Source: Adineta vaga (taxonomy: Eukaryota > Animalia > Rotifera). From it: a stretch of DNA of 64,000 bases. The notes beneath the pieces are model-generated. The model had not been told where the DNA came from, did no database searches, and worked only from the letters and a program-made list of their open reading frames with translations. A program made the position numbers and the translations under genes. The stretch is from positions 3,720,001 through 3,784,000 of the forward strand of contig CP075496.1 in NCBI GenBank assembly GCA_021613535.1, in the 5' to 3' direction. Position 1 is the first letter of the stretch. Each line of letters begins with the position of its first letter. This document shows positions 14,563 through 24,985 of this stretch, one piece after another.

Positions 14563-15326
14563 GTGAATGATTTAGAAAATATATTTCGTCCATTAGACAA
14601 TTCTTCTCCATTACCAATGTTAAATGAAAGATTAAATGTTTTACATGAAACTAGTTCGATTCTTTTGAAAGAATATCATGGTCATTTTATTAATTGCATC
14701 AAACGAAGTGGTGGTAGTGCTATTGATCTTGTAGAATTAGTTGTAAAAAAGTTTCCTGCTTATCGAGATGAAGCTGTTTATGATGGTCAACGAGGTTTGT
14801 TTTTCCTTTTAAAATATTTTATTAGAAAAACTTTTCTCTTGTCTTTTAGTTAGTTTCTATAAACGAGCTCAAATCTTAGTTAGTAATATTTGGGGATGTT
14901 TTAATAGTCATGGTATAGCACATTTTACTGATATGGTATGTTGTTTTTCTTCTAATATAATTCATATGAAAATGAATATGTAAATAGGATCGTTTAACAA
15001 TGTTTGCTGATTATCGTGTTCCACAAGTGTTGGCACATGAAGGTGTTCTTATTTATTCATCTGAATTGAAAAATCGATTAGATAAAAAAGAAGAAATACC
15101 ATTTGGTGATTCAGATGAATGTGAAATTCGTGCTGCATCAATCTTAGCTGTTCATCTTATTGCAAATGAAGCAAATGAAAAAATTTCTTTAGAAAAAGAT
15201 ACAGGAGATTTCGGTGAACGATTGAATGAACCACTTGTTGATGTTTATTTACGGAGAAAAAGACGAGAACAATCAGACATTTATGAAAAAACACCTTTTC
15301 ATCGTACGAGATCAATTTTTTATTAA
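14563..15326 (+). pseudogene. QNG1: 5'-truncated queuosine 5'-phosphate N-glycosylase/hydrolase (Q_salvage/DUF2419, C9orf64 family)
   Basis: Three exons (~14563-14794, 14850-14935, 14989-15326) give PMLNERLNVLHE, FPAYRDEAVYDGQRVSFYKRAQIL, TMFADYRVPQVL, ECEIRAAS, PFHRTRSIFY*. No N-terminal half is visible; in-frame TAG upstream at ~14494. Confidence 0.8.
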
Positions 15327-15731
15327 TTTAGTCCTTTTTTTCTTTGTTGCCACTATTAATTCTCATCTATATAAATAATCTTTTCTCTTAAATTTATCTA
15401 TCAAAACAAATCAATAAATAATTCATTTTGAACAATCTATTATCTATCAGTATTTTCAATTGGTTGGAATTTTTATGATTTTACTACGCAAGTAACAAAT
15501 AATGATATAAACGAATTAGAAAAATCTTCAGAAATGTTTTCTTTAATTGTGACTAATATCTCAGTTTATTTCAACGATAAGAGATAAAAATCTTTTTTTC
15601 ATGTTTATTTGAATTCCTGCTGATTTTCTCATTGATTGTCATGGATAAAAGAAAAAACTTCTTTTTCATTTTTATCATTAGTTTCGAATCATAAATAGTT
15701 CATGAAAGAAATTTATTTGAATTTCATCATT

Positions 15732-16010
15732 ACATAGAAATTGAAGGATATGGTAAATGTCCACCTGATTCGATGTGAGTATCTATAATGAAGAAACTGT
15801 TTAATATTTCTCAAAATATTCAATAATGAACTTACATTCTAATCGTTTTAATTCGTTCAATATTTCACCGAGTTTGAAATGAGCTGCTGTTAGATTATCC
15901 AATAAAATTGACCATTCTGATGAATGCATATTTGTACAATTCATTAACAAGATTCGACAGTCATCACAATGCTGTTTTTGTTGTTCATGTTCACGTTTAA
16001 CATTGAGCAA
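15732..16010 (-). pseudogene. Orphan two-exon 3' gene fragment, unknown product
   Basis: TTTTAG acceptor at ~16011, exon ...HCDDCRILLMNC...ELKRLE, GTAAGT donor, short intron, then YTHIESGGHLPYPSISM*. No upstream exons recognised. Confidence 0.35.
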
Positions 16011-16090
16011 CTAAAATTTGAATAGAAATAGAAATACAGAATAAAATGCTTTGTAACAATATTTCATATTATTTGATACTGGTTCATATC

Positions 16091-16131
16091 TTAATCCTTT
16101 CAGTCTCTCATGTCGGGATCGAAAGGGTTAA
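16091..16131. mobile_element. Tiny TTAA-flanked inverted-repeat remnant (piggyBac-like ends)
   Basis: TTAA-tcctttcagtctc ... gggatcgaaaggg-TTAA; 13 of 17 positions complementary, and the right end reads TTAACCCTTT on the minus strand. Confidence 0.35.
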
Positions 16132-17762
16132 CATAACAGATAATTTCTCACTAAATCTTACACAGTGTATTAGGTGAAATATGTCTACAACTACATTTTT
16201 GTTCGAGAAGAAGGATGAATTACATACGGTTTCTATTGCGGAATCAATTGCCATTCTTCGTTATGAATCTTAAGCACTGTTAATGAGTTCATTCCCTTAA
16301 CCTCTCTCTTTATATATATATGTTTTTATGCTAATCAGTCAGACTGAAAATCGTATCGTTCACGGTCAAAAAAAAGAAATTAATTCTTACAATCCGACGT
16401 CGAACATGTCCACCAGGCAGATTGAAATTGATTGATACTTTCGTATAAGTCGGAAAACATAGACATTTTAATCACGACTACGAAGAATTTCTGTGGATTA
16501 TATCTACTATTTTATCGAATGATATGATTTGAATTTGAAAACATGTGCATTTATATGTTCTCTAGAGAAGTGTGTATCACTTATTTGGTGAAATGTTTTT
16601 CTTCGAAATTTCGTTTAGAAACATGTTCCCTCGATCATCTCCTGAACACATGATAAGAAACAGAAAAGAAAAAGGATACGAAACACTTATTGTATCTTAC
16701 AATCATTGACGTCATATTTATTGAAATGAATTTATAAGAATGATCAGAATATCTACACTGATCTATGATTTATTTGCGAAAAAGATAAAAAGGCAAGAAC
16801 TAAATTTCTAATCAATAAACCGGCAGGAATCATAGAAGTTACAAGTTTTCTTTCATAACATACAATTGTTCGTATCTGTCGATGAATAGCCATGACTGAT
16901 GCGTTTGTATAGATGAAATTTCTCGCATATTCGGAAAGTAATAATCAAGAGGGTGAGGGTGTAGGCATTCACAAGAACAATGTTCACCGATACTTTCACG
17001 TTACGTACAAAAATAGATTACTCTGTTAGACTCTATTCATGGATTTTATCTATGCTGGTAGCTCGAAATTCTGCAACTATTCTTTGATTATATTATTGGA
17101 CTGTTTCATTTTTTAATATACACTTTTATTACGTATTGATTGATACTATTGCATTACATTTCAAAAATTTAATAAAATATCACTGTTCACTTAATTAGAT
17201 TAAATAACTTCCTTTTATATAGGTCACTGTTTTATTCTCGATATTTCGTCACAAAAAAACCGTTTATTATTATGCGTGTTTACTTTTATCAGTACAAAGC
17301 AATTGTATACATTGACTAGTTGTTTTGTGTATGACACGATATTTTATTTATCAATAGTTTGTCGAGAATGTTGATCAGATGATTAATCACCTTTTTTCTC
17401 TCTCTTTTTTGTCATAAGTATATGAACATTCCGACAATGATTTGAATGTCAGATACATAAGAAGGATTACTCTTATCGTTAATTTAACGAATGAGAAACT
17501 TCCTTGAGAAAATTGGATAGAAAACGAAGGACAACAAATGAATGTGTTACATTCTTATATAGATATTGACTAGACAATCGTAAAATCATATAGAAAAAAA
17601 CGGTTTTCATCTATTTTTCTTTTCTTCTTTCAAAATAATTACATAAGAAAAATGTCAATATAAAAATATGTTTGTCCTTACCTGTAATATATATATATAT
17701 TTATAATAAGGTAAAAAATATGATACGGATGGATTCACAAAATAATAGAAGTAGCGAAAGAA

Positions 17763-18476
17763 ATGGTTTTATTTCCTCGTAGTGGTTTTGGACGATTTTT
17801 ATTAGGATTGATTGTTTTATCAACAATATCATATCTTGTTCTTAATATTGTTTCATTTGCTGGAACATCATGGATTTCATATATTGATGCACCAATTCGT
17901 TTTGGTCTTTGGAGAGTTTGTGATACATCAACATCAGGTCTTTGTAATCAATGGGCTGATGATACTTATTCATCAAATATAACGACATTTGTATCTGGAA
18001 CAACAAAACCAAGTATTTATTCAAATTTTATTCAAATTTTTATTTGATTTATTTTTTTCTAAAAAAAACAAGGTTTTATTCGAACTTCACAAGCATTAGA
18101 AATTATTTCTTTAATATTTTCTGTCATAGCAGCTGTTCTTATTATAATCGGTATAATAAATCTAGCTGGATTATTTATAACAATGTTCGCTCTAGCTGCT
18201 GGTCTTCTATTAATTTGTAGTATGTTGAATAATATTTAAAAAAAAAGAAAAACAACGAATGGATTTGTTTATTTGTTTTAGTAATATTTCTCTCGGCAAC
18301 ATTAGGTGTAATGTCTGTTCAGGGTCGAAGTGGTCGTATAGGAGCATATCTTGATTGGGCATGGTGGAATGGTCTTGTTGGTCTTATTATGACAATCGTT
18401 TGTTTTTTTCATTAATTTTCTATGTGTTAGATATGAATATGTCATCAAGAAATCAACAATCTCCATCAAAATCTAA
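17763..18476 (+). CDS. Claudin/PMP22/EMP-family tetraspan membrane protein (apparent 1-nt frameshift in a T-run at ~18403-18409; terminal exon uncertain)
   Basis: TM1 followed by W...GLWRVC...C (W-GLW-C-C claudin signature), then FIRTSQALEI, further TM helices and YLDWAWWNGLVGL. Exons ~17763-18012, 18073-18218, 18282-18476. Confidence 0.8.
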
Positions 18477-18533
18477 GTGAGTTGAATTAAATCAAAGTCT
18501 TTTTTTCTCTAAAAATATTTTTATTTCTTTAAG

Positions 18534-18730
18534 AGGGTGTGGGTGTGGGTGAAAAGGAGCCAGAGAGGTGGAAATGGGAGAACTAGGCTGGGTGTCGGTC
18601 AAAATAAGCTAGAAGGGTGGATGCAGGCGAAAATGGACGTGAGGGATGAGAATGGATGAAATAGGGTGGATGTGGGTGTGGATGCATGGATATGGGTTTG
18701 GATGTGTGGGTGAGTTTGGTTGTGGATTTG
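18534..18730 (+). repeat. Strand-asymmetric G-rich degenerate tandem repeat (~21-30 bp units) starting with GGGTGTGGGTGTGGGTG
   Basis: Units such as gggtgtgggtgaaaaggagcca / gggtgtcggtcaaaataagctaga / agggtggatgcaggcgaaaatgga / agggtggatgtgggtgtgga; abrupt jump in G content compared with the flanks. Confidence 0.8.
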
Positions 18731-19063
18731 ATTGCGAAGTTTAATGTAAGCATATGTGTAGGTGATTAGTGCATGGCGAAAGAGGGTTGATGAGATCGAT
18801 GCTGGAAGTTGGTTTGTTTTACTGTGAATGGTTTTCTGCGTAATGTCTTGAACTCTATCAGGTTGTATGTGTTGACAGTTTCTGGCTTGATATTGTGTAT
18901 GGCGTCTTACTTGTAAGCTGCACTGAGAGAGGCCCTTGTTTGTTAGAGGGTGGAAAATAAACGTGAAACAAATATGCTGAATGATTATCCAAAGTAGCTT
19001 CTAAAGTTATTCAACAAGTTATGAAACGAAGAAAACGATAAATGATTGATAAGAAGGTAATGA

Positions 19064-20564
19064 GAAAGAAATACATATTTCAATGAAGTGCTTGAAAAAA
19101 AACAGATTAGTATCGAGTGTATGAAGTAACACGTGATTATAGTAGGCTTTTGCATTATTGTCGCTCGGAAGTTCTTTATGTAAAATTGAGTTATAGTACC
19201 GACTTAATGGAAACATGGGTCTTCGAACATGTTTCAGTATCTTATCTTTGGTAAAAATACTTCAGAGCTGAAATTTTATTGCGCTCATTTTTATTCTATG
19301 TTGATAGTTTTATTTGAAAGAAAAAAAAATGTTGACACACCCATCAATAACAACGACGACTACTAGTACTGTAGAACAAGAAGTATCATCGATAACAACA
19401 ACTCATCATAAAGTACAATTGTCATTTGTATGATGAAGCGATGAAATTGAAATGTTGTTTCCATTCAGGTAGAGAAATGGATTCGAATATCAAAACGTAT
19501 TGTTCAGTTTTTTCGATTGATGAGAATTTCTAAACTTCGTCGACGTTTTATCGATATTGTAAGTCATCATTGTCCATACGTGGATTTGGAAGATTATCAA
19601 ACAAATAAGGTGCAAGAAGATTTGCTATTTCTCGATGATGTAGACCGGTTTGTATTTTGTTTGTTTCTATCAGATAAGAAGAAATACTTCTATATCATAG
19701 TTATCATGAAGTATTCAATACTTTTTCATCGTTTGGTTTTACTTGGCAAGACAAAGAATTTCAACTAGCAAAATTAAAAGCCAGTTACATCTATGATCGT
19801 TATATGTCTATATCTGAAATAATAGCAAAAGTATGCAAAAATAATTTCATAAAAAACCTCGCTGTTCAAGAAGTATTTTCTCTCTAGACAAATATTCCAA
19901 TTGATATGATACCATCTATTTATAATCGAATGAATTCCCCAAAAATACAATCGTCTCTCATTTATTTGAATTTATTTAATGATACGGAGAAATTTATTCA
20001 AGAAAAATTATTAATGATCTACATGCAGTAATCGACTATTGTTACAGATTCGAACAATATAGATAAAGTTTTATATCATAGTGAAGGTATGAATTGTTTT
20101 ATTGGAAAAGCACAACAACAAACATTAACACCTATAATGAATCGAATAAAACCGAATCAAATAACGAATGAGTCTGTATCTCCATCTTCATATTCAAAAA
20201 TGATTAAAACAGATGACAAATCTCAATATGACGAGATTCTCATACCCAATTGGACATATTCAACTATGTTAGGTGTTGTTTACAATCCTATTCATGAGAA
20301 AGTCATCAAAAGAAACAAACGAAAAAATACAAAAGATCTTGATTCAAATATAAACACAACACTTGAAACATCGGTAATAGTTCATTCATCGCAATCACAT
20401 ATATCAACAGCAGCAGCGATTCATCGCAACCAACAAGGTATTAACAGAACTTCTAGAAACTTTACAAATCAGCATATATTAAATCGCTTCAATCGATCTA
20501 ATATCGTCTTTCCTAAACCGATATCCGACAAAAAACCATTCTTACAAACAGTATTTATTTGTAA
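19064..20564 (+). repeat. Copy 1 of a ~1.5 kb direct segmental duplication
   Basis: Near-identical to 23149-24646; ORFs 19517-19768 and 23599-23850 are identical in protein sequence. Confidence 0.95.
19329..20564 (+). pseudogene. RGS-domain-like gene fragment, copy 1 (3' end replaced by unrelated sequence)
   Basis: Spliced reading ...EDLLFLDDVDR/YKEE...KLKASYIYDRYMS.../TNIPIDMIPSIYNRM...LFNDTEKFIQEKL follows the RGS pattern (L-F-x-D-V-x-R-Y-K; A-x-x-I-Y-x-x-Y; N-I; L-F-x-x-x-x-x-x-I). Confidence 0.6.
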
Positions 20565-21540
20565 GCTGTTTGCTGTCAATATCAAGTGTTATAAGAAAAC
20601 GGCTTGTTTAAGAAGGAGTTTATTATTTATTATCGTTCTCATACACAAAAAGAAAACTTCTCTTATTCGCTTTTCCGATAATTATTTGGTTCGTGTCTAT
20701 ATAGATATGTTGAAAAGAAGAAAAGAATAATAAACGTACAAGAGAGAAAAACTATATATATATGCGTATCTAAGGAGGATAAAGAGATAGTAATAGGATA
20801 ATTGGTTGCTTAACACACAAATAAATACATACACACACCCGCTGTAAAATGCATATAGAGGATCGAGCGAACACGAATATGTATCTACAAATGGTTCAAA
20901 AGTAAATAACAATAGTGGAAGAGAACGAGAGATAACGTCGTATTACTTTTCCGTAAGACATTCTCGTAATTTTCTTTTTTCAGATTTCAAACAAACAAAT
21001 ATAAATAGAGCAAATAAATGATGAAAAAGGTCTATACTTGATTTATACTTCCTTAGAAATGACATCAATAAAAAATAACATACAATCTTCAGTTAAAAAG
21101 TTGGTCAGAATTTTTTTCTCGTTGATATAGTTAGTGATTGTATTGAAAACGCTGAGAGACATACCCAGGTATTGCTGTTTCGCGAGTTGAAGTTCTTCCG
21201 TTTCTTTAATTGTTTTTTCTATGTCAAAGTAAGTTACTAATTGTGAAGATGCATCATTATTTATGAGATGAAAGTCTGGCATAGCAAACGAAATATTTCA
21301 ACAATCTAAAACTTCCCTATGACTTCGATTATAAGAATCATGAATGAAGGAAAATAATTGTTGTCAGCTAATAATCTTCTCATGGACAAATCCTTTTTCC
21401 GCAAGTAATTCTTTAGACAGTTTGCTACCTTATCCATTTTTTGGTCAACTCCCTTTTTATTGTATTGAATCGTTTATAGGGATGCAAAAATTCCAAACCG
21501 ATTCGATTCCAATCCGACTAGTGTAGAAATCGTTAATTCG

Positions 21541-21670
21541 ATTCGAGTATTAAACTTCTTCTTCAACTTCTAAACTTATAAAGTTATAATTCGAGTATTC
21601 GAGTTTTAAACTTATAAGTTTAGAAGTTGAATAGTTTAAAACTCGAATTAAAAGTTGAATAGTTGAAACG
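21541..21670. repeat. Interleaved inverted-repeat (palindromic) element, MITE-like
   Basis: ttcaacttctaaacttata (21562-21580) is the exact reverse complement of tataagtttagaagttgaa (21613-21631); ttcgagttttaaac (21598-21611) pairs with gtttaaaactcgaa (21634-21647). Confidence 0.75.
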
Positions 21671-21693
21671 TCTTTTCGACTAATACATGTATG

Positions 21694-22731
21694 ATTTGGT
21701 GAATATGATATACCGAAGGATGGTGAGAATTTAAAATCAATTTTATCTTTCAAATTTCCAAGTTCCTATTTATTAGAGTATAGTAGATACATTTGCATTC
21801 ACTGTGGTCATTCCTTAAATCGAAGCACCGTTGAATGGATTCAACATCTCAATGATCATCATCCAGATGAATTTAAAAGTATAGTAGATGGATTTCGCGT
21901 GTTGAATCATGCGGTTCAATCGATAACAGACGATGAGGCAATGACGATCGAAAAAATCCATACACTCTATCTTGTTCTTTCTTGAATAGGTTGACGATGA
22001 CCAAACTGGATTCATTCGAGTCGAAGATAACGAAGTAGTTCACGATAATCAACCAGTTTCAATAAATCCACCAGCTCAACAAAATCAACTAATTGAAGAA
22101 GAATTATCACAGGAGGTAGAATCACAATTTTCTTTTTAATTGTAATTATTAGCTGTATTTTTATGTGCTTCATTTTTCGATAAATCTTTGTCAAAACAGA
22201 CATGATCCTCTCTTACTAATTGTTATTAAGAGGAGTGCTTTTCAACTACGACAAAGAAATTGAATCTTGATTAAACGAACAAATTGTCATCATAATAGCA
22301 ATAAGAGAAGAACATCTATTAATAAACTAGTGAATGAATAAATATGAGTTTGTTGTCTATTTTTCTCGTCCAGTTTGCTCGTTCACGAATCATCAGTCGT
22401 CTATGATAAAATAAAATGTAAAGGTTATGCATGTATAGACATATATATTTATACCTGCGTATATTTCGGTTAATCGTTCATGGCTTGAAATTGTCCTTCA
22501 CTCTTCCTTACTGAAATTTATTATCTCATATGGCCGAGAAAGAAGTACATACCATTTGAATTCGCCATGACTTGTCTCTACTCTACAATAAAATAAAATA
22601 TTTTGTATCTTTAGAGTAACTCAAACATCGTTGATCAACAAATAGAACAGTTGCTTGAAGCATACAAGTCAGGTTCAATTTCCACAGCACAAGCCGCCGA
22701 TGTTATTAAAAATTTAATCAAAAAGAAATAA
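21694..22731 (+). pseudogene. Degenerate multi-exon gene with a BED/C2H2-type zinc finger, possibly transposon-derived
   Basis: Exon from 21777 reads YSRYICIHCGHSLNRSTVEWIQHLNDHHPDEFK (C-x2-C...H-x3/4-H-P). Further exon-like pieces at ~21990-22115 and 22615-22731 (..QQIEQLLEAYKSGSISTAQAADVIKNLIKKK*), then AATAAA; the middle is stop-interrupted. Confidence 0.5.
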
Positions 22732-23148
22732 GTCTGTCCTTGTGCTCGTTAAATTTTTTTCTTGTCGAATAAAATTTATATTCTAACGATTTGTTCAATT
22801 TGTTGGAACATATTCAAATCGTAGATAATGGTATAGAAAATAAATCTCCACACGTTGAGTTTTTTTTTTGAGAGAAATTGTGAGGAAAACTAGTTGTAAA
22901 ATCTACTTAGCTTTTAAGATAGGAATGACAGAATTTGAAGATAGTGTTGGAGTTAATCATTGGAGAATAGTCATGTGTATAGTGTCGTTTCTTATTGCAA
23001 ATAAATCTATCATCAATCGATTTTGAATTAGTTTTTCCTTTTTTGTTTGGTAGTGTTCGTTGAAGAGAAAGTTGATTTTAATTAGCATACTATCGACTTT
23101 TGTGTTTATTTATTTGATCGTTCAAACTTATCGGATCTGAGTTTTGTT

Positions 23149-24646
23149 GAAAGAAATACATATTTCAATGAAGTATTTGGAAAAAACAGATTAGTATCGA
23201 GTGTATGAAGCCACACGTGGTTAGAGTAAGCTTTTGCATTATTGTTTCTTGGAAGTTCTTTATGTAAAATTGAGATATATAGCACCGACTTAATGTAAAC
23301 ATGGGTCTTCGAACATGTTTCAGTATCTTATCTTTGGTAAAAATATTTCAAAGCTGAAATTCTATTGCGCTCATTTTTATTCTATGTTGTTAGTTTTATT
23401 TTGAAAGAAAAAAATGTTGATACATCCATCAGCAACGATGACTACTAATAATGTAGAACAGGAAGTATCATCGATAACAACAACTCATCATAAAGTACAA
23501 TTGTAATTTGTATGATAAAGAAATGAAATTGAAATGTTGTTTCCATTCAGGTAGAGAAATGGATTCGAATATCAAAACGTATTGTTCAGTTTTTTCGATT
23601 GATGAGAATTTCTAAACTTCGTCGACGTTTTATCGATATTGTAAGTCATCATTGTCCATACGTGGATTTGGAAGATTATCAAACAAATAAGGTGCAAGAA
23701 GATTTGCTATTTCTCGATGATGTAGACCGGTTTGTATTTTGTTTGTTTCTATCAGATAAGAAGAAATACTTCTATATCATAGTTATCATGAAGTATTCAA
23801 TACTTTTTCATCGTTTGGTTTTACTTGGCAAGACAAAGAATTTCAACTAGCAAAATTAAAAGCCAATTACATCTATGATCGTTATATGTCTATATCTGAA
23901 ATAATAGCAAAAGTATACAAAAATAATTGCATAAAAAACCTCGCTGTTCAAGAAGTGTTTTCTTTCTAGACAAATATTCCAATTGATATGATACCATCTA
24001 TTTATAATCGAATGAATTCCCCAAAAATGCAATCGTCTCTCATTTATTTGAATTTATTTAATGATGCGGAGAAATTTATTCAAGAAAAATTATTAATGAT
24101 CTACATGCGGTAATCGACTATTGTTACAGATTCGAATAATATAGATAAAGTTTTATATCATAGTGAAGATGTGAATTGTTTTATTGGAAAAGCACAACAA
24201 CAAACATTAACACCTATAATGAATCGAATAAAACCGAATCAAATAACGAATGACTCTGTATCTTCATATTCATATTCAAAAATGATTAAAACAGATGACA
24301 AATCTCAATATGACGAGATTCTCATACCCAATTGGACATATTCAACTATGTTAGGTGTTGTTTACAATCCTATTCATGAGAAAGTCATCAAAAGAAACAA
24401 ACGAAAAAATACAAAAGCTCTTGATTCAAATATAAACACAACACTTGAAACATCGGTAATAGTTCATTCATCGCAATCACATATATCAACAGCAGCAGCG
24501 ATTCATCGCAACCAACAAGGTATTAACAGAACTTCTAGAAACTTTACAAATCAGCATATATTAAATCGCTTCAATCGATCTAATATCGTCTTTCCTAAAC
24601 CGATATCCGACAAAAAACCATTCTTACAAACAGTATTTATTTGTAA
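23149..24646 (+). repeat. Copy 2 of the ~1.5 kb direct segmental duplication
   Basis: Near-identical to 19064-20564. Confidence 0.95.
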
Positions 24647-24794
24647 AGCACATTCATCATCATGGTCTGATCATAATGAACATCTACTAGAAAACGAAGT
24701 AACTTATAGAATGGCACCTAGACCTGAGACAATATATTTTTTCAAAAGAACGCAGCGATCATGCGCCAGTGAAACGAAAAGGTCTACTCAATAA
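23414..24794 (+). CDS. RGS-domain-like gene, copy 2 (probably retains the original 3' end; 5' end uncertain or truncated)
   Basis: Same exon set as copy 1, with LFNDAEKFI; the last exon continues to a stop at 24792-24794, convergent with teashirt. Confidence 0.55.
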
Positions 24795-24985
24795 TATATT
24801 CTCATATGAGACAGAATAGTAAATACACTGCTGATAGTTCTTTTTCCGAAGTGTCATCCATCAATTGAAACTATGATTGATTTGATAGAAAAATTGATTT
24901 TGTTTTATGAAGCATAGAAGGAAAAGGAGAAGCAAAAAACATCCATATGAAACAAAAAAAAACAGAAGACGAAAAACTCGAATTA

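Noticed and set aside
18534-18730. G-rich repeat considered as a CRISPR array or a true chromosome end
   Set aside because: Units are degenerate with no unique spacers and no cas genes; only ~2.5 perfect TGTGGG units, and the position is interstitial.
20026-20082. Apparent in-frame stop after IYMQ/IYMR in both RGS copies
   Set aside because: It falls in a GTAATC...CATAG intron whose removal restores the frame.
21043-21282. 79-aa minus-strand ORF between the duplicated segments
   Set aside because: No recognisable motif or supported gene structure; could be TE debris but cannot be called.
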